The notes under the pieces: generated by a model
What the model saw: only the letters and a program-made list of their open reading frames with translations
Told to the model about the DNA's origin: nothing
Database searches by the model: none
Program-made: the position numbers and the translations under genes
In this document: in pieces, positions 37,350 to 46,367 of the stretch
How the letters are laid out: each line of letters begins with the position of its first letter
How positions within the stretch are numbered: the stretch's first letter is position 1
Source: an uncultured delta proteobacterium
GTDB lineage: Bacteria > Myxococcota_A > UBA9160 > SMWR01
Direction of reading: 5' to 3'
NCBI GenBank assembly: GCA_963832165.1
Contig: CAWHTE010000007.1
Span: forward strand, 512,001 to 576,000
Length of the DNA: 64,000 nt

Positions 37350-38333
37350 TCACTGCGATTCAGCACTCGGGCACTCAGCCTGGCACCACGCGGGGGGGAG
37401 AAAGTCTATGGTGCAATCCAGGATCGGGTCCGTCGGAGAGCACTGCTCCTTCCAGGTGAAGAAGCACGCGCTCGGGTTGGTCTTGCTGCAATTGTCCTTC
37501 CTGGTGTTGGGCAGTTCCGTACACCCGGGATCACTCGTGATCGGACCGCATGCGTCCCCTCCGAACGAGTTGGTCCTCGAGCAAGCGAGCGAGACGGTAA
37601 TGGTGCCCGTCGTATAGATGCTCCAGTTGGTGAACCAGATATCGAACGACTGCGGAGATTCTGCGAACTCATATCCGATGGAGGTGACTCCACTTCCGCC
37701 TTCCTCCGTGTAGGTGTAGTTCCAGGCGAAGTGATGATCCCCCGTGCAATCGAAGAACATGCGGTTCGTATGCCATCCCCACATGAAGAAACCTTGCTGC
37801 GTCTGGACCTCGCAATTCGGCACGGGTGGGTTGCTGATCGTGCAAGGGTTCTCGGCCTGCGCGGACGTCAATCGACCGTTCGTGCCCGGCGCTCGTTGGG
37901 TGCGCTTCTTCGTCTGCTGCGCATCGGTGCGGGCAAGGACCCGTGTCTTGAGCATCTGTGTGGGCGTGACAGGTTCGCTCGAGCACCCCAGGCTCACCGC
38001 GAACTCTCCAGCGGTGTCGGACTTGTTGATTCCCTCGACGGTCACTGCTCCGGGCTCCGCGGCGACCAGGTCGATTTGCGTGTGTTCATGATGTGCGACG
38101 TCCCAGCCCCAGAGATTGGGGTGCGTGTTCGGGCACTCGAGGCGGGTCGACTGCTTTTGTCCTGCCGGCACCGAAACCGCGGGAAACGTCGTCGAGACGC
38201 AAGCAGAAGCGCCAGCGCATTCGCGATTCGTGGAGGGAACGAACGTCCTGTCCTGGCCGCCATACGAATTCCCCGCCACCAGGACCATCGCGAGCGCCAA
38301 TCCAGCGATCGTCGCCTTCGGATGATTCAGCAT
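37350..38333 (-). CDS. Secreted cysteine-rich hypothetical protein
   Basis: Signal peptide, GGAGG RBS, many Cys, two internally similar segments ending VSLGCS and VSLACS. Confidence 0.7.
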   Translation of the reverse strand: MLNHPKATIAGLALAMVLVAGNSYGGQDRTFVPSTNRECAGASACVSTTFPAVSVPAGQKQSTRLECPNTHPNLWGWDVAHHEHTQIDLVAAEPGAVTVEGINKSDTAGEFAVSLGCSSEPVTPTQMLKTRVLARTDAQQTKKRTQRAPGTNGRLTSAQAENPCTISNPPVPNCEVQTQQGFFMWGWHTNRMFFDCTGDHHFAWNYTYTEEGGSGVTSIGYEFAESPQSFDIWFTNWSIYTTGTITVSLACSRTNSFGGDACGPITSDPGCTELPNTRKDNCSKTNPSACFFTWKEQCSPTDPILDCTIDFLPPAWCQAECPSAESQ

Positions 38334-38589
38334 GTCGCCTCCTATCCAGTGAGAGCTTCGACCGCACTTCTTCAGCGAGAGCGATAGTCGCGATGGGCCC
38401 GCGCCGTTCCATAGTACGCCCGCGTGCTCCACGTTTGTTGAACTAAGCCCGTACCCGGGTCGAATCCTCTAGGTGTACGCCCGTTAGGCCGCGTTTCGCG
38501 CAGGAGAGAGGAGCGCGACGTGGATCGGCCTAGTGCAACTCGATGACCTAACCCCTGGAGGGGCGGTCGAAAGGAAGTAGGCTTCCGAA

Positions 38590-39894
38590 ATGCACCGATT
38601 GGTCCCGTTCGTCATCGCTGCCGCCCTCGCGGCGGCCTGCTCGCCGGATTCGCCGAGCTCCTCGAGTGCGTCGGCAAAGGCTCTCGTGGGCAACACCCTG
38701 GGCGGGGACGCTGCTCTCGGGATCACCGTGCCGGACGCCTACACGGCCTTGTCCCTCTCTCCGATCGCCCGTGGCGCCTTCCCGTTCTTTGGAAGCGACG
38801 GTAAGTACCACGTCGCGTACGACCTTCTCATCCTCAACGTCTCCGCCTTCCCGACGACGCTGGAGAAGCTCGAGATCGTCGATGCTGCGGAACCGACGAA
38901 GGTCCTCGCCTCGTTCTCGGGCGCGAACCTGGTCGACCCGAACTGCGCGTACGGGGACTGCAACCGCCTGCGCCAGGTGTACAGCCAGCAGGTCGAGGAC
39001 AACTCGATTCCCGTCCACGAGAGCCGCCTGTTCTACGTCGACTTCGCCTTCGGCTCGCTCGACATGGCGCCCAAGGCCGTGCTTCACCACGTCTACGGGA
39101 CGGGCAAGAGCATCCTCACCTCTCGGCAGCTAGGACCCTTCGACTACCTGACCACCCCCTTCGACATCTCGGCCGGTACGCCGCGGGTCATCGGCCCGCC
39201 GCTCGAGGGCACCAACTGGGTGGCGCTCAACGGCTGCTGCCTGCCGGGATTCCCGCACCGCAACGCCATCCTTCCGGCCAACGGTGTCGTCGGCAACAGC
39301 CAGACGTTCGCCATCGACTGGAAGCGGGCGAACGACGAGGGTGCGTTCTACACCGGCGACAATACGAAGAACGAGAGCTTCGTCGACTACGGGGAACCCG
39401 TGTTCGCGGTCGCAGACGCAACCGTGACGGGCGTCCTCGACGGCGTGGAGGCGAACGCACCGGGCGTCCAGCCGACGCAGGATCCGGTGACCGCGGCGAA
39501 GATCACGCTCGAGAACATCGATGGGAACCACGTCATCCTCGACCTGGGTGGCGGCGTCTTTGCCATGTACGCGCACTTCCAGAAGGGTTCGATCAAGGTG
39601 AAGGTGGGCGACAAGGTGAAGAAGGGCGACCAGCTCGCCCTGCTCGGCAACACCGGCAACGCGAACGCGTCGCACCTCCACTTCCAGCTGATGGACGGGC
39701 CCAACATCCTCACCGCAAACGGCCTGCCCTACGTGTTCGACAGCTACACGTATCGAGGTCAGCTGCCCTTGCAGCAGGTGCTCGGCGCCGACGACTTCCT
39801 GTCCGGCAACTTCTTCGACGAGCGGCTTGCGACCGGTGAGCCGCGCAAGAATCAGCGTCCGCTCAACCTCGACATCATCGACTTCGCGAATTGA
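38590..39894 (+). CDS. M23-family metallopeptidase lipoprotein
   Basis: LAAAC lipobox; FAIDW, GNHVILD, YAHFQKGS, GNTGN..SHLHFQ. Confidence 0.85.
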   Translation: MHRLVPFVIAAALAAACSPDSPSSSSASAKALVGNTLGGDAALGITVPDAYTALSLSPIARGAFPFFGSDGKYHVAYDLLILNVSAFPTTLEKLEIVDAAEPTKVLASFSGANLVDPNCAYGDCNRLRQVYSQQVEDNSIPVHESRLFYVDFAFGSLDMAPKAVLHHVYGTGKSILTSRQLGPFDYLTTPFDISAGTPRVIGPPLEGTNWVALNGCCLPGFPHRNAILPANGVVGNSQTFAIDWKRANDEGAFYTGDNTKNESFVDYGEPVFAVADATVTGVLDGVEANAPGVQPTQDPVTAAKITLENIDGNHVILDLGGGVFAMYAHFQKGSIKVKVGDKVKKGDQLALLGNTGNANASHLHFQLMDGPNILTANGLPYVFDSYTYRGQLPLQQVLGADDFLSGNFFDERLATGEPRKNQRPLNLDIIDFAN

Positions 39895-39925
39895 ACGCTC
39901 TCGGGCGTTCCAGTCCTACGGACCC

Positions 39926-42900
39926 TTACGGCCCGAACTTGATGTCCCCGTTGTCGAACGTACCGGCCACCACGTCGACCACCGCGAACTTGGTCGCATC
40001 GGCGAGCGAGCCGCCGTTGGCGTCGTAGAACAGCCCGCCCGTCGACGAATCGAACACGATGTTCACGGAGGCGCCTACCGACAGGGCACTCACATCTCCG
40101 CTGCCACTGGTGTTGACGCTCGCGTAGTCGGCGGCGGCTAGCGTACCCGAGCCGCTGCCGATGCCCGCGAACACCGATGTGGAGAGGAACACGGTGTCGG
40201 CATTCGGGTTGCCGTTCTGGGCGTTGAAGTCGTTGATCGTGTCGACGTTGGTCGTGGCGTTCAGCGGTGTGTCGAAGAAGAACGTGTCGGTGCCGTTCAT
40301 CCCGTCCAGGTAGTCGTTGCCGTCACCGCCGTGGATCAGGTCGGTGCCCGACTGGCCGTACACCGTGTCGTCTCCGGAGCCGGAGAAGATCGTGTCGTTG
40401 CCCGCGGCCAGGAACACGAGGTCGTCGGGTGTCGAGCCGAGGTTGATCGTCTCGCCCCCGGTGGTTCCGGTCACGACCCGGAACAGCTGCGTGAGGCTTC
40501 CGCCACCGTCGGTGGCGGTCGTGTTCAGCTCGTAGATGCGGCCCTCCTGGATGCCGTTAGGGCCGGTCACGCCCGAGACCAGACCGGACGAACTGACCGT
40601 GATGTCGGCCGTCGCGTCGGACTGCGTCGTGCCGGCCAGATCCTTCTCGACCAGTGTCGCGCTGAACGTCACCGCGCCGGCGGCGCCGACCGCGCTGAAC
40701 TGACCGAGCGAGCCGGCGGGAACGTTGGTCTGACCCGGCGTGAAGCCCGTCAGCACGATGTCGGTCGGGCCGTCGGCGCTGCCGTTGATAGTCACGGTCA
40801 CCTGCTGCGTGTCGTCGCCGCCATGGCCGTCCGAGGACGAGATCGAGTAGTTCAGCACCAGCGATTCGCCGGAGTTCAGGTAGTTGAAGGCCTGCGCGCC
40901 CGAATCGAACGTCCAGGTCAGGTTGTGGGCGTCGCCGCTGTCGGCCGGAAGTCCCGACGTGGGCGCGACGGTCATCATCGCGAGCAGCTGCGCGTTCGTC
41001 AGACCGAGCCCGGCCGTGGCGCCGGAGGCCACCACCGAGCTCACCGCCGAGCCGATCACGTCGGTCGTGTCGACGTCGGTGACCGTCAGCGTGTCGCTGG
41101 CGGTCAGTCCGGCGTTCGTCTCCGTGAGCGTCGCGGCGGCGCCGTCGGTCGTGACGATGCGCAGGTCAGGTGCGTCGTTCGTGCCCGTGATCGTCACGGA
41201 CACGGTGCGGGCGACGTTTCCACCTTGCCCGTCGCTCAGGTCGAAGGTGAACGTCTCGATCTTCGTCTCGCCCGCCGCGAGGAACTCCACCGCCGAGGCC
41301 GCGACGCTGTAGTTCCAGGTGATCACGCCACCGGTGCCGTTCACATCGCTGGCCTGCGTGGTCACGCTGGCCGTGAGCGCACCCAGCGCGCCCGCGCTGG
41401 GCGTCACGGGACCGACGCTGTGCACGTCGAGCAGGTCCACGTCGCTGAAGGCGATCGTGCCGGTGTCGGTGAGATCGCCCGCCGGAGTCGTCAGCTCGGT
41501 CACACCACCGGTCACGTCGATGGCCGCCACGATGGGTGCGTCGTTGCTGCCGGTAATGGTGATCCGCACCGTGGCGGAGTCGGACAGGGGTGTGCCCGCG
41601 TCATCGGTCACGGTGACCGTGAACTCCTCGACCCGGGTCTCGCCTTCGGCCAGGTACGCGACATCGGCGGCGTTGACGGAGTACGTGTAGCTGACCGTGC
41701 CGTCGCCGGCGTCCGTGGCCGGGTCCGAGATGGTCAGTGTGCTGAGCGTCCCGAAGGTCGTGCCGACCGGCGTGAAGCCGACGGTGTGGGCGTCGGTGAG
41801 GTCGGCATCGTCGAAGCTGAAGCTGTCGCTGGTGGTCAGGATGCCCGTGTCGGCATTCGAGCCGGCCTCGGTGACTCCGGCGTTGAACAGTGTCCCCGCG
41901 ATGACGGGCGCGTCGTTGGTGCCCGTGATGGTGATCCGCACCGTCGCGCTGTCGGAGAGCGGCGTGCCCGCGTCGTCGGTCACGGTGACCGTGAACTCCT
42001 CGATCCGGGTCTCGCCCTCGGCCAGGTACGCGACATCGGCGGCGTTGACGGAGTACGTGTAGCTGACTGTCCCATCGCCAGCGCCGGTGGCGGCGTCCGT
42101 GATCGAGAGCGCGGAGAGGGTCCCGAAGGTCATGCCGACCGGCGTGAAGCCGACGGTGTGGGCGTCGGTGAGGTCGGCATCGTCGAAGCTGAAGCTGTCG
42201 CTGGTGGTCAGGGTGCCCGTGTCGACATTCGACCCGGCCTCGGTGACTCCGGCGTCGAACAACGTCCCTGCGATCACCGGGGCATCGTTGGTGCCCGTGA
42301 TGGTGATGCGGACCGTCGCGCTGTCGGAGAGCGGCGTGCCCGCGTCGTCAGTCACCGTGACCGTGAACTCCTCGACCCGGGTCTCGCCCTCGGCGAGGTA
42401 GGCGACGTCAGCCTCGTTCACGCTGTAGGTGAAGCTGACGGTGCCGTCGCCGAGGCCCGTGGCGGCGTCGCTGATCGAGAGCGCGGAGAGGGTCCCGAAG
42501 GTCATGCCGACCGGCGTGAAGCCGACGGTGTGGGCGTCGGTGAGGTCGGCATCGTCGAAGCTGAAGCTGTCGCTGGTGGTCAGGGTGCCCGTGTCGACAT
42601 TCGACCCGGCCTCGTTGACTCCGGCGTCGAACAACGTCCCTGCGATCACCGGGGCATCGTTGGTGCCCGTGATGGTGATGCGGACCGTCGCGCTGTCGGA
42701 GAGCGGCGTGCCCGCGTCGTCGGTCACCGTGACCGTGAACTCCTCGACCCGGGTCTCGCCTTCGGCCAGGTACGCGACGTCAGCCGCGTTGACGGAGTAC
42801 GTGTAGCTGACTGTCCCATCGCCAGCGCCGGTGGCGGGGTCCGTGATCGAGAGCGCGGAGAGGGTCCCGAAGGTCGTGCCGACCGGCGTGAAGCCGACGG

Positions 42901-44995
42901 TGTGGGCGTCGGTGAGGTCGGCATCGTCGAAGCTGAAGCTGTCGCTGGTGGTCAGGGTGCCCGTGTCGGCATTCGACCCGGCCTCGGTCACGCCCGCGTC
43001 GAACAGCGTCCCTGCGATCACCGGAGCGTCATTCGTGCCGGTGATCGTGATCCGCACCGTGGCGGAGTCGGACAGGGGTGTGCCCGCGTCATCGGTCACG
43101 GTGACCGTGAACTCCTCGACCCGGGTCTCGCCCTCGGCCAGGTACGCGACATCGGCGGCGTTGACGGAGTACGTGTAGCTGACTGTCCCATCGCCAGCGC
43201 CGGTGGCGGCGTCCGTGATCGAGAGCGCGGAGAGGGTCCCGAAGGTCGTGCCGACCGGCGTGAAGCCGACGGTGTGGGCGTCGGTGAGGTCGGCATCGTC
43301 GAAGCTGAAGCTGTCGCTGGTGGTCAGGGTGCCCGTGTCGGCATTCGACCCGGCCTCGGTCACGCCCGCGTCGAACAGCGTCCCTGCGATCACCGGAGCG
43401 TCGTTCGTGCCGGTGATCGTGATCCGCACCGTGGCGGAGTCGGACAGGGGTGTGCCCGCGTCATCGGTCACGGTGACCGTGAACTCCTCGACCCGGGTCT
43501 CGCCCTCGGCGAGGTAGGCGACGTCGGCGGCGTTCACGCTGTAGGTGAAGCTGACGGTGCCGTCGCCAAGGCCCGTGGCGGGGTCGGTGATCGAGAGCGT
43601 GGAGAGGGTCCCCAGCGTCGTGCCGACCGGCGTGAAGCCGACGGAGTGGGCGTCGGTCAGGTCCGCATCATCGAACGCGAAGGTCGAGCTCGTGGTGAGC
43701 GTGCCGGTGTCGACGTTGGAGCCCGCCTCGGTCACTCCGCCCGTGAACAGGTCACCAGCAATCACGGGCGCATCGTTCGTACCCGCAATCGTCACGCGCA
43801 CCGTCGCGTTGTCCGAGAGACCATTGACGTCGGTCACCGTGACCGTGAACTCCTCGACGCGCGTCTCACCCTCGGCCAGGTAGGCCGCGTCGGCGGCGTT
43901 GACGCCGTAAGTCCAGCTGACTGTGCCGTCGCCGGCACCCGTGGCCGGGTCCGAGATGGAGAGCGCGGACAGCGTTCCGAGCGTCGACCCGACCGGCGAA
44001 AAGGTCACCGTGTGCGTGTCCGTGACGTCGATATCGTCGAAGCTGAAGCTCGAGCTCGTACTGAGCGTCCCCGTGTCCACATTCGAGCCCGCCTCGGTCA
44101 CGCCGCCCGTGAACACCTCACCCGCGATCACGGGCGCATCGTTGGTTCCCGTGATCGTGACCTTGAAGGACACAGTATGCGTCGTAGTGCCGTCGACATT
44201 CGTCTGAAGGACGTTGTAGGTGAACGTGTGGCTCACCGATTCACCGGCGGCCAGCGAATCGGCATCGCTCGCGTCGATCGTGTACGAGCCATTCGCATCG
44301 AGCTTGATCTTGGCGTTGGCGAGGTCGACGAACGTGTACTCGACGCCGACCGCACCGCCGCTCCAGCCGGTCACGGAGAGCACGTCGCCCGCACCGGCGC
44401 CGTCGTTCGCGAGCACGTTTCCGCTCGCCGTGGCGTCCTCGAACACCGACGCCTCGTCCTTTGTCGGCGTGATCACCGCGAAGGTCACCTCGCCCGTCTT
44501 CGAAGAGCCGCTGCGCGAGGTCTCGAAGGTCCCATCTAGGTTGGAATCGAGCCCGACCGACGTGATGCGCGCGCCGAAGCAAACGTTGCTGAAGTCGGCC
44601 AGCGTCAGATCGCGCGCGCTCGAGTCGAGCGTGAACGTGAAGGTGCGCACGTCGTCGGTCGTCTTGAGGCCCGATGAGCCGATCTCCACACCCACGTCGT
44701 AGCCGCCGGCATCGCCGAGCAGCCCTTGCATGTTGGCGCCATTGCCCAGATCGGAGACGGTGTCGTTGCCCTGCTGGAACTCCGTCAGATTCGCGGCAGA
44801 AGAAGCGCTGAGGCTGCCGATCAGACTCTCGTCGGCAATGTCGAAGAACAGGCCGCGCAGGTCACCGACGTAACCCGCGAGCTGGGTAACGGTGAACGTG
44901 ACCGTTCCATCCGCGTTCTCGGTGATCACGATCTGCACGACGGGCGTGCTCCCGCCGGTGGACGAGTCATTGATCAGGAAGGTCATCGAACCCAT
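39926..44995 (-). CDS. Large repetitive T1SS-secreted protein (VCBS/cadherin-like repeats plus RTX tail), probable adhesin
   Basis: About nine GxNDAP-delimited modules; C-terminal GGxGxD-type repeats; no Sec signal; downstream of HlyD/PrtD. Confidence 0.9.
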   Translation of the reverse strand: MGSMTFLINDSSTGGSTPVVQIVITENADGTVTFTVTQLAGYVGDLRGLFFDIADESLIGSLSASSAANLTEFQQGNDTVSDLGNGANMQGLLGDAGGYDVGVEIGSSGLKTTDDVRTFTFTLDSSARDLTLADFSNVCFGARITSVGLDSNLDGTFETSRSGSSKTGEVTFAVITPTKDEASVFEDATASGNVLANDGAGAGDVLSVTGWSGGAVGVEYTFVDLANAKIKLDANGSYTIDASDADSLAAGESVSHTFTYNVLQTNVDGTTTHTVSFKVTITGTNDAPVIAGEVFTGGVTEAGSNVDTGTLSTSSSFSFDDIDVTDTHTVTFSPVGSTLGTLSALSISDPATGAGDGTVSWTYGVNAADAAYLAEGETRVEEFTVTVTDVNGLSDNATVRVTIAGTNDAPVIAGDLFTGGVTEAGSNVDTGTLTTSSTFAFDDADLTDAHSVGFTPVGTTLGTLSTLSITDPATGLGDGTVSFTYSVNAADVAYLAEGETRVEEFTVTVTDDAGTPLSDSATVRITITGTNDAPVIAGTLFDAGVTEAGSNADTGTLTTSDSFSFDDADLTDAHTVGFTPVGTTFGTLSALSITDAATGAGDGTVSYTYSVNAADVAYLAEGETRVEEFTVTVTDDAGTPLSDSATVRITITGTNDAPVIAGTLFDAGVTEAGSNADTGTLTTSDSFSFDDADLTDAHTVGFTPVGTTFGTLSALSITDPATGAGDGTVSYTYSVNAADVAYLAEGETRVEEFTVTVTDDAGTPLSDSATVRITITGTNDAPVIAGTLFDAGVNEAGSNVDTGTLTTSDSFSFDDADLTDAHTVGFTPVGMTFGTLSALSISDAATGLGDGTVSFTYSVNEADVAYLAEGETRVEEFTVTVTDDAGTPLSDSATVRITITGTNDAPVIAGTLFDAGVTEAGSNVDTGTLTTSDSFSFDDADLTDAHTVGFTPVGMTFGTLSALSITDAATGAGDGTVSYTYSVNAADVAYLAEGETRIEEFTVTVTDDAGTPLSDSATVRITITGTNDAPVIAGTLFNAGVTEAGSNADTGILTTSDSFSFDDADLTDAHTVGFTPVGTTFGTLSTLTISDPATDAGDGTVSYTYSVNAADVAYLAEGETRVEEFTVTVTDDAGTPLSDSATVRITITGSNDAPIVAAIDVTGGVTELTTPAGDLTDTGTIAFSDVDLLDVHSVGPVTPSAGALGALTASVTTQASDVNGTGGVITWNYSVAASAVEFLAAGETKIETFTFDLSDGQGGNVARTVSVTITGTNDAPDLRIVTTDGAAATLTETNAGLTASDTLTVTDVDTTDVIGSAVSSVVASGATAGLGLTNAQLLAMMTVAPTSGLPADSGDAHNLTWTFDSGAQAFNYLNSGESLVLNYSISSSDGHGGDDTQQVTVTINGSADGPTDIVLTGFTPGQTNVPAGSLGQFSAVGAAGAVTFSATLVEKDLAGTTQSDATADITVSSSGLVSGVTGPNGIQEGRIYELNTTATDGGGSLTQLFRVVTGTTGGETINLGSTPDDLVFLAAGNDTIFSGSGDDTVYGQSGTDLIHGGDGNDYLDGMNGTDTFFFDTPLNATTNVDTINDFNAQNGNPNADTVFLSTSVFAGIGSGSGTLAAADYASVNTSGSGDVSALSVGASVNIVFDSSTGGLFYDANGGSLADATKFAVVDVVAGTFDNGDIKFGP
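41540..44160 (-). repeat. Tandem ~372-bp (124-aa) coding repeats, about seven units
   Basis: NDAP codons recur at 372-bp spacing (e.g. 41913, 42285); central units nearly identical. Confidence 0.92.
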
Positions 44996-45029
44996 GGTCG
45001 TGTCTCTCGGCAGTTGCCTTGGTTGGTGG

Positions 45030-46367
45030 TTAGGACTCTCTGCCCGCTCGCCGGAGTCCCGTGGTGACCGGCTCGAGCAGGTATTGCAGTGCGGTGCGCT
45101 TCTCGCCCTCGAGGTAGACCTCGGCCGGCATGCCGGCCTGCAGCTTCAGGTTGCCGGCGTCGCGCAGTGACGCAGCATCGGTCTCGATCAGCGTCTCGTA
45201 ATAGGGCTCGTGCGTGTCGGGATCGACGAGGCGATCGCCGCCCACGTACACGACGCGGCCCGCCACCGTCTTGGTGACGCCGTGCTTGAACGCCGTGAAG
45301 CGCAGGTTCGCAACCTGATCGCGGTAGATGCGGCTGATGTCCTCGGTCCGCACGCGCGCCTCGACGACGAGCTTCACGTCCTGCGGCACGATCTCCGCGA
45401 TCGTCTCACGCGGCGAGATCACCGCGCCTGGCGTCGCGTACTTGAGATGGATCACCTCGCCGCTCGCAGGTGCCACGATCAGCTGGCGCTCGGACGCATC
45501 CGTCCACTTGCGCAGCTCCTGCTCCAGCTGCGCGACGCGCGTGGCGCTCTCGCGCAGCTCGTCGCTCGCGGTCTGCCGGTACTGGCCCTCGATCGTGCTG
45601 GCTTTGAGGTCGATCTCGGCGAGCCGCTGCTGTGCGCGCGCGAGCTCGGAACGCCGCTCCTCGATGTCCGCCGCATAGTCCGTGGACACCGTCTCGAGCT
45701 GCCGCACACGCGCCGCCGAGATATAGCCGTCTTCGAGAAGCTTGCGGTTGTTGGCGAGCTCGGTCTGGCGCAGCTGCAGCGACTCGTCGCCGCGGTCGAG
45801 CTGCGCCTGGAGCGCCGCGATCTCCTGCATGACGCGCGCGCGCTGCTTGTGCAACAGCTGGGTCTGGTTGAGCAGCGCGCTGTGCCGCGCGTCGAATAGC
45901 GCGCGCTCCTTCTCGAGCTGCTTCGCGAGCGGGCCCGGCTCGCTCGCCGCGGCGAGCAGCTCGCCGGGAAAATCCACGGCAGGAGCGAGCGCCTGCTCGG
46001 CCTCGAGCCGTGCAATCCCGAGTCGCTCGGCCTGCAGGCGGCCGGTGTACTGGTGCAGGTTCGCGTCGACCGCGACATCGCCGAGCACGAGCAGCGGCTC
46101 TCCCTGCCGGACCTGTTGGCCGTCGCGCACGCGGACCTCGCGCACGATGCCGCCCTCCTGGTGCTGCACCAGGCGCCGGTTCAGGTCGACCTTCACGAAG
46201 CCGCTCGCGATCACGGCCGAGGACAGCGGTGCGATCGAGAGCCACAGCACAACCGGCAACAGTCCGAATCCGAGCACCGCGAGCCCGCGCGTCCACAGCT
46301 GCGATGCCTCGCGCGCGTGCTCGAAGAGCGATTCGTCGACGGCCGGCGTCGGCGCGGCTTGCATCAC
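45030..46367 (-). CDS. HlyD-family T1SS periplasmic adaptor
   Basis: VQHQEGGIVREVRVRDG, IVAPASGEV, LQAGMPAEVY..GEKRTALQYLLEP. Confidence 0.93.
   Translation of the reverse strand: MMQAAPTPAVDESLFEHAREASQLWTRGLAVLGFGLLPVVLWLSIAPLSSAVIASGFVKVDLNRRLVQHQEGGIVREVRVRDGQQVRQGEPLLVLGDVAVDANLHQYTGRLQAERLGIARLEAEQALAPAVDFPGELLAAASEPGPLAKQLEKERALFDARHSALLNQTQLLHKQRARVMQEIAALQAQLDRGDESLQLRQTELANNRKLLEDGYISAARVRQLETVSTDYAADIEERRSELARAQQRLAEIDLKASTIEGQYRQTASDELRESATRVAQLEQELRKWTDASERQLIVAPASGEVIHLKYATPGAVISPRETIAEIVPQDVKLVVEARVRTEDISRIYRDQVANLRFTAFKHGVTKTVAGRVVYVGGDRLVDPDTHEPYYETLIETDAASLRDAGNLKLQAGMPAEVYLEGEKRTALQYLLEPVTTGLRRAGRES

Noticed and set aside
41540..44160. Regular repeats as a possible CRISPR array
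   Set aside because: They are 372-bp in-frame coding repeats with no unique spacers, and there are no cas genes.
40331..44539. 1402-aa plus-strand ORF and many other long Arg/Ala-rich ORFs (e.g. 48109-50802)
   Set aside because: Antisense or off-frame shadows of real genes, expected at this GC content; no family motifs.
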